Assembly: GCA_964597575.1 (NCBI GenBank)
Contig: CAZQXB010000001.1
Location: 338,111 to 402,110, forward strand
Reading direction: 5' to 3'
Length of the DNA stretch: 64,000 nucleotides
Origin: an uncultured Gammaproteobacteria bacterium
GTDB lineage: Bacteria > Patescibacteriota > Patescibacteriia > Magasanikbacterales > UBA922
Under the pieces are notes generated by a model that was not told where the DNA came from, made no database searches, and saw only the letters and a list, made by a program, of their open reading frames with translations. Positions 62,881 to 64,000 of the stretch are shown piece by piece (positions within the stretch are counted from its first letter, which is position 1; each line of letters opens with the position of its first letter). A program made the translations under genes and the position numbers.

Positions 62881-62943
62881 TGGGCTTGTTTTTTCTTTCT
62901 CCTGTGGTAGGATTAAAAAACAATCCTATAATATTTACCATAT

Positions 62944-63762
62944 ATGAAAATTGCGCTTATTGCTGTGGTTTTTCTCGTTTTGGGTGCTGCAGGAGCTGGC
63001 ACCTATGTATCGGTTATGAATAAAAAAGCGGCCGAATCTCGCCTAGAATCTGCCAATGAAAAGACGGCCGATCAGGGGGAGAGTGGTGCTGTAGTGGAGG
63101 AAGAAGTCGCTGTTTCCGGTACTGTTGCGGTTTCACCTTCTCAAAAAACCGGAGCTGCTGCAGCTGCAAAAGTGGCTGTGGTTGTAAATGGCGTAAAGTT
63201 GACCGACGTACAAATTGCTGCCCTGGAAAAAAAATACAGCACCCCTATTGCCGGAGGGAATTATTGGTATGACAATAAAAGCGGTGCCTGGGGGAAGGTA
63301 GGCGGCCCAACTGAAGGGTACCTGGAACCTGGGGAAACCATTGGTGGGTCTTTGCAATCCAATGCATCTGGGTCTGGAGCTACCGGCGTGTTTGTGAATG
63401 GTCGTGAACTTCATCCAACTGATGTAAAAAACCTGAACACTCTTTTTGCCGCGTTTGGCACGGCTACTGCCCCAGGGCGTTACTGGGTCGATGGTCAGGG
63501 AAATTTTGGGCTTGAGGGTCAGTCTGCCTCACTTGGCAACTTACTCCTTATGGTGCAGGCTGTTTCCAAAAAGAGTGGAGGAAATTCGTTTTACTACAAG
63601 TCGAACGGGTCAGATTACACTACCTTTGGCGGTGGCGGTGGGTTTAGCTATTTTGGGTCAAAAAATGACTACAATGGCTCAAGTAGTGTTTTTGTGGATG
63701 AAAATGGAAGTGTAAACATTGATTACCAGCCAAAAAGCAGTGATTATAGCTCAGATTACTAG
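62944..63762 (+). CDS. secreted Gly/Ser-rich hypothetical protein with W-containing repeats
   Basis: Signal anchor MKIALIAVVFLVLGAAGAG, then repeats GGNYWYDNKSGAWGKVGG / GRYWVDGQGNFGLEG and a GGGGFSYFG tail. Confidence 0.5.
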   Translation: MKIALIAVVFLVLGAAGAGTYVSVMNKKAAESRLESANEKTADQGESGAVVEEEVAVSGTVAVSPSQKTGAAAAAKVAVVVNGVKLTDVQIAALEKKYSTPIAGGNYWYDNKSGAWGKVGGPTEGYLEPGETIGGSLQSNASGSGATGVFVNGRELHPTDVKNLNTLFAAFGTATAPGRYWVDGQGNFGLEGQSASLGNLLLMVQAVSKKSGGNSFYYKSNGSDYTTFGGGGGFSYFGSKNDYNGSSSVFVDENGSVNIDYQPKSSDYSSDY

Positions 63763-63785
63763 GAAAAAAGCCCTGGTTTTGCCCC

Positions 63786-63814
63786 TTGACAGCCAAATTT
63801 TCCTATGATACAAT
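63786..63814 (+). promoter_or_regulatory. sigma-70 promoter for rpmG
   Basis: TTGACA, 17 nt, then TACAAT. Confidence 0.45.
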
Positions 63815-63834
63815 GGGCGCACTAATGTTTTCGT

Positions 63835-64000
63835 ATGTCACAAGATAATCTCGTAAAACTTGAATCCGAAGGTGCTGAAGAAACTGGCACAGGGAAGGGC
63901 CACATGCTTTTCACTCGCAAGAATAAAAAGACTTTGAAAGATCGTCTCCGCTTGCGCAAATATAACCCAGTTGCCAAACTTCATACTTGGTACAAAGAAG
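63835..64000 (+). CDS. rpmG: 50S ribosomal protein L33, partial (runs off the window end)
   Basis: …TGTGKGHMLFTRKNKKTLKDRLRLRKYNPVAKLHTWYKE matches the L33 pattern (TGxxxY/F-T-KNK…KL-L-KY-P…H…KE). There is no in-window stop, so it is absent from the ORF track. Confidence 0.7.
   Translation, partial: MSQDNLVKLESEGAEETGTGKGHMLFTRKNKKTLKDRLRLRKYNPVAKLHTWYKE

Noticed and set aside
1-64000. CRISPR arrays, integrases, transposases, and prophage or conjugative core genes (VirB4, VirD4, relaxase)
   Set aside because: No regularly spaced direct repeats, no tyrosine or serine recombinase or DDE transposase motifs, and no large ATPases of secretion systems were seen in any frame. The GC islands and the hydrolase module therefore lack an identifiable mobility gene within this window.

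Overview
This 64-kb window comes from a gene-dense bacterial genome of about 45 % GC with mostly housekeeping genes. The gene order is monoderm or Gram-positive-like: dprA–topA, clpC running towards radA, rplJ–rplL, and a T-box-like leader on glyQS. The many small hypothetical proteins, a short TsaB, an RRM protein and repeat-rich surface proteins are compatible with a reduced-genome lineage such as Patescibacteria/CPR, but this is inference only. Positions 1–24 kb are almost entirely minus-strand genes: topA (partial, runs off the window edge and is therefore missing from the ORF track), dprA, pth, der, an LCP-family protein, radA, clpC, htpX and lemA. Positions 24–64 kb are mostly plus-strand: rseP, pheST, dnaE, rplJL, glycosyltransferases, mreB, holB, frr, glyQS, tpiA, fpg, RRM and rpmG (partial). 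I find five tRNAs: Arg-GCG, Glu-UUC, Tyr-GUA, Thr-UGU and Thr-GGU. No CRISPR array, integrase or transposase was seen. The most unusual content is threefold. First, a six-gene secreted/envelope module sits between clpC and radA, including two tandem paralogs that share an N-terminal two-helix pilin-like module but carry different peptidoglycan-hydrolase domains (lytic transglycosylase versus NlpC/P60), plus a DsbA-like oxidoreductase. Second, two sharply bounded, single-gene, high-GC islands (about 65–70 % GC with GC-rich third positions) each encode a signal-peptide protein, one carrying a CxxCH motif and a lipobox, under native AT-rich promoters. Third, a tRNA-Arg is followed by an inverted tRNA-like fragment upstream of an ECF sigma/anti-sigma operon. 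Non-coding coordinates were hand-indexed and may be off by 1–2 nt. CDS coordinates follow the ORF track with the start adjusted in-frame where the N-terminus looked extended.
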